Below are positions 16,942-18,188 of a stretch of 18,188 bases of DNA, piece after piece. A program made the position numbers and the translations under genes. Every line of letters starts with the position of its first letter. Positions within the stretch are counted from its first letter, which is position 1. The stretch is taken from positions 1 to 18,188 of the forward strand of contig JAYVCD010000182.1 of the NCBI GenBank assembly GCA_043750125.1, read 5' to 3'. The stretch comes from Archangiaceae bacterium. Its GTDB lineage: Bacteria; Myxococcota; Myxococcia; Myxococcales; Myxococcaceae. The notes under the pieces were generated by a model that was given only the letters and a program-made list of their open reading frames with translations, ran no database searches and was not told the DNA's origin.

Positions 16942-16957
16942 TGCAAACACCTCGCCA
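16942..16957 (-). promoter_or_regulatory. Putative sigma-54 promoter
   Basis: TGGCGAG-GTGT-TTGCA with correct GG/GC spacing; the predicted +1 is ~30 nt upstream of ATG 16901. Confidence 0.6.
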
Positions 16958-17071
16958 TGAACCCTGATGGAAACGTGGCTGTTTGCGACGCCCTTTCGAT
17001 GCAACCTCACCCCGGTGAGACAACATTGAGCGCAGGTACGAGCGGTATTCTTTGTGCTTGGCCGGAGCTTC

Positions 17072-18133
17072 ATGAATTCTCCGCTCACCCCAGGGATCCT
17101 CGCGGCAGTGGTGCTGTGCTGCGCGTGCGATTCGAAAGTGTCGTCGTACCGAATTACCAGCCACGTCCCGTCAGACCCGGACGCATTCTCGAATGCTCTG
17201 TATCAATCGACGGCCGCGCAACTGACTGCGGGCCACCACGTCGAGCTGGTCAACAACGGAGCGGTCTTCGATCGCCTCGAAGAAGAGCTGGCCAAAGCGC
17301 GCGTGAGCATCAACCTGGTCCTCTTCATCTGGCGACCCACCGAGCCTTCGCAGCGCATGGTGAACGCGATCACCGCCCGCGCGAAGGCGGGCGTCACCTG
17401 CCGGATCATCGTCGATGCCATCGGAAGCTCGGAGTTCGAGGACGCAGTGAAGCCTGCGTTGGTGGCCGCGGGGTGCGACGTGCGCACCTTCAGGCCCGCG
17501 AAGAGCGGAGCGACCGGAGATCGCAACCACCGAAAGATCGTGGTCATCGACGGAAAGGTCGGGTTCACCGGAGGCTTCGGAATCGAGAAGCCCTGGTTGG
17601 GCAACGGGCGTAAGCCGGACGAATGGCGGGAATCGAACGCGATCGTCGTCGGGCCGGCGGTGAACATGATGCAGCAGGCGTTTGCGGACAATTGGCAGGA
17701 AGTCGGCGGGCCGCTGCTTCCTTCCACCGATTTTCCGGTGCCCGACGTGACGGGGCCGACGCGCGCGGCGTTCGTTTCGAGCACCGAATCGGCGCACCTC
17801 ACGCGGGCCGAACGGCTGATTCAGCTGGTGATCGCCTCGGCGACGCGGCGGGTGTGGATCGCCAATGCGTATTTCGTCCCTTCGCCCGGCGTGGTCGAGC
17901 TGCTGCTCGAGAAGAAGCGCCAGGGCGTCGACGTGCGAATCATGGCTCCCAGCGATGCCACCGATCACAAGCAGGTCCTACGCGAGCAGCGCGCGACGTA
18001 CCCGAAGCTGCTCGCCGGAGGCGTGCGCATCTGGGAATACCAGCCATCGCTGCTGCACTCGAAGACGATGCTGGCGGACGACCACCTCAGTATCCGCTGC
18101 ACGGAGTGGTGGTTGCGGGCAGCGACGGACTGA
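17072..18133 (+). pseudogene. cls: Cardiolipin synthase / phospholipase D family gene, truncated just after the second HKD motif
   Basis: GGAG SD before ATG 17072. HKD1 RNHRKIVVIDG...GG.GI, WRES, IANAYFVP, HKD2 LHSKTMLADD. The expected following GSxN segment and C-terminal helices are absent in all three forward frames after ~18090. Confidence 0.75.
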
Positions 18134-18188
18134 AGGGTGTTGTCAGCTCGCCGACGGCGTGATCGCGGCCGGGATGGTCAGGGGTCCG
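18090..18188 (-). mobile_element. Probable right end of an IS66-family insertion sequence (reverse orientation), continuing beyond the window
   Basis: The cls-like sequence stops at GTATCCGCTGCACG, which resembles IS66 GTA(A/T)(G/C)CG termini. The minus strand carries a 3' ORF end GPLTIPAAITPSAS* (18143-18187) stopping ~50 bp inside the terminus, where tnpC would end. Confidence 0.55.

Noticed and set aside
17043-17058. CGGTATT-CTTT-GTGCT as a sigma-54 promoter for cls
   Set aside because: Spacing is right but the match is poor, and the implied +1 would exclude the GGAG SD.
18090-18162. Simple frameshift explaining the cls truncation
   Set aside because: Neither alternative forward frame restores a GSxN motif or Cls-like C-terminus.
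1-18188. CRISPR arrays, tRNA/rRNA genes, long tandem repeats
   Set aside because: None seen; the window is almost fully coding with short intergenic gaps.

Overview
GC-rich bacterial DNA that looks myxobacterial (Myxococcota), judged from the Hanks kinase, esg-like E1 pair, vWA lipoprotein, MYXO-CTERM-like motif and sigma-54-like promoters. The left half is mostly housekeeping and signalling: the 3' end of a tandem receiver-domain protein, an RlmN-family radical SAM enzyme, a CTP-dependent lipid kinase, a Zn-ribbon Ser/Thr kinase, a 2-oxoacid dehydrogenase E1 alpha/beta pair and a vWA lipoprotein. The right half is a minus-strand cell-envelope cluster: a W-repeat protein; a small 2-TM protein coupled to a 547-aa ORF; and a ~12-strand OM barrel coupled to a 1584-aa metzincin lipoprotein, followed by a small uncalled gene. 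The most unusual element is the 547-aa ORF, which reads as a secreted polyprotein: signal peptide, Zn-PLC/P1-nuclease-like domain, internal MYXO-CTERM-like sorting signal, second signal peptide, then an 8-strand beta-barrel. The window ends with a cardiolipin synthase/PLD gene cut off by what appears to be the end of an IS66 element. All family assignments come from reading motifs by eye; no searches were run.
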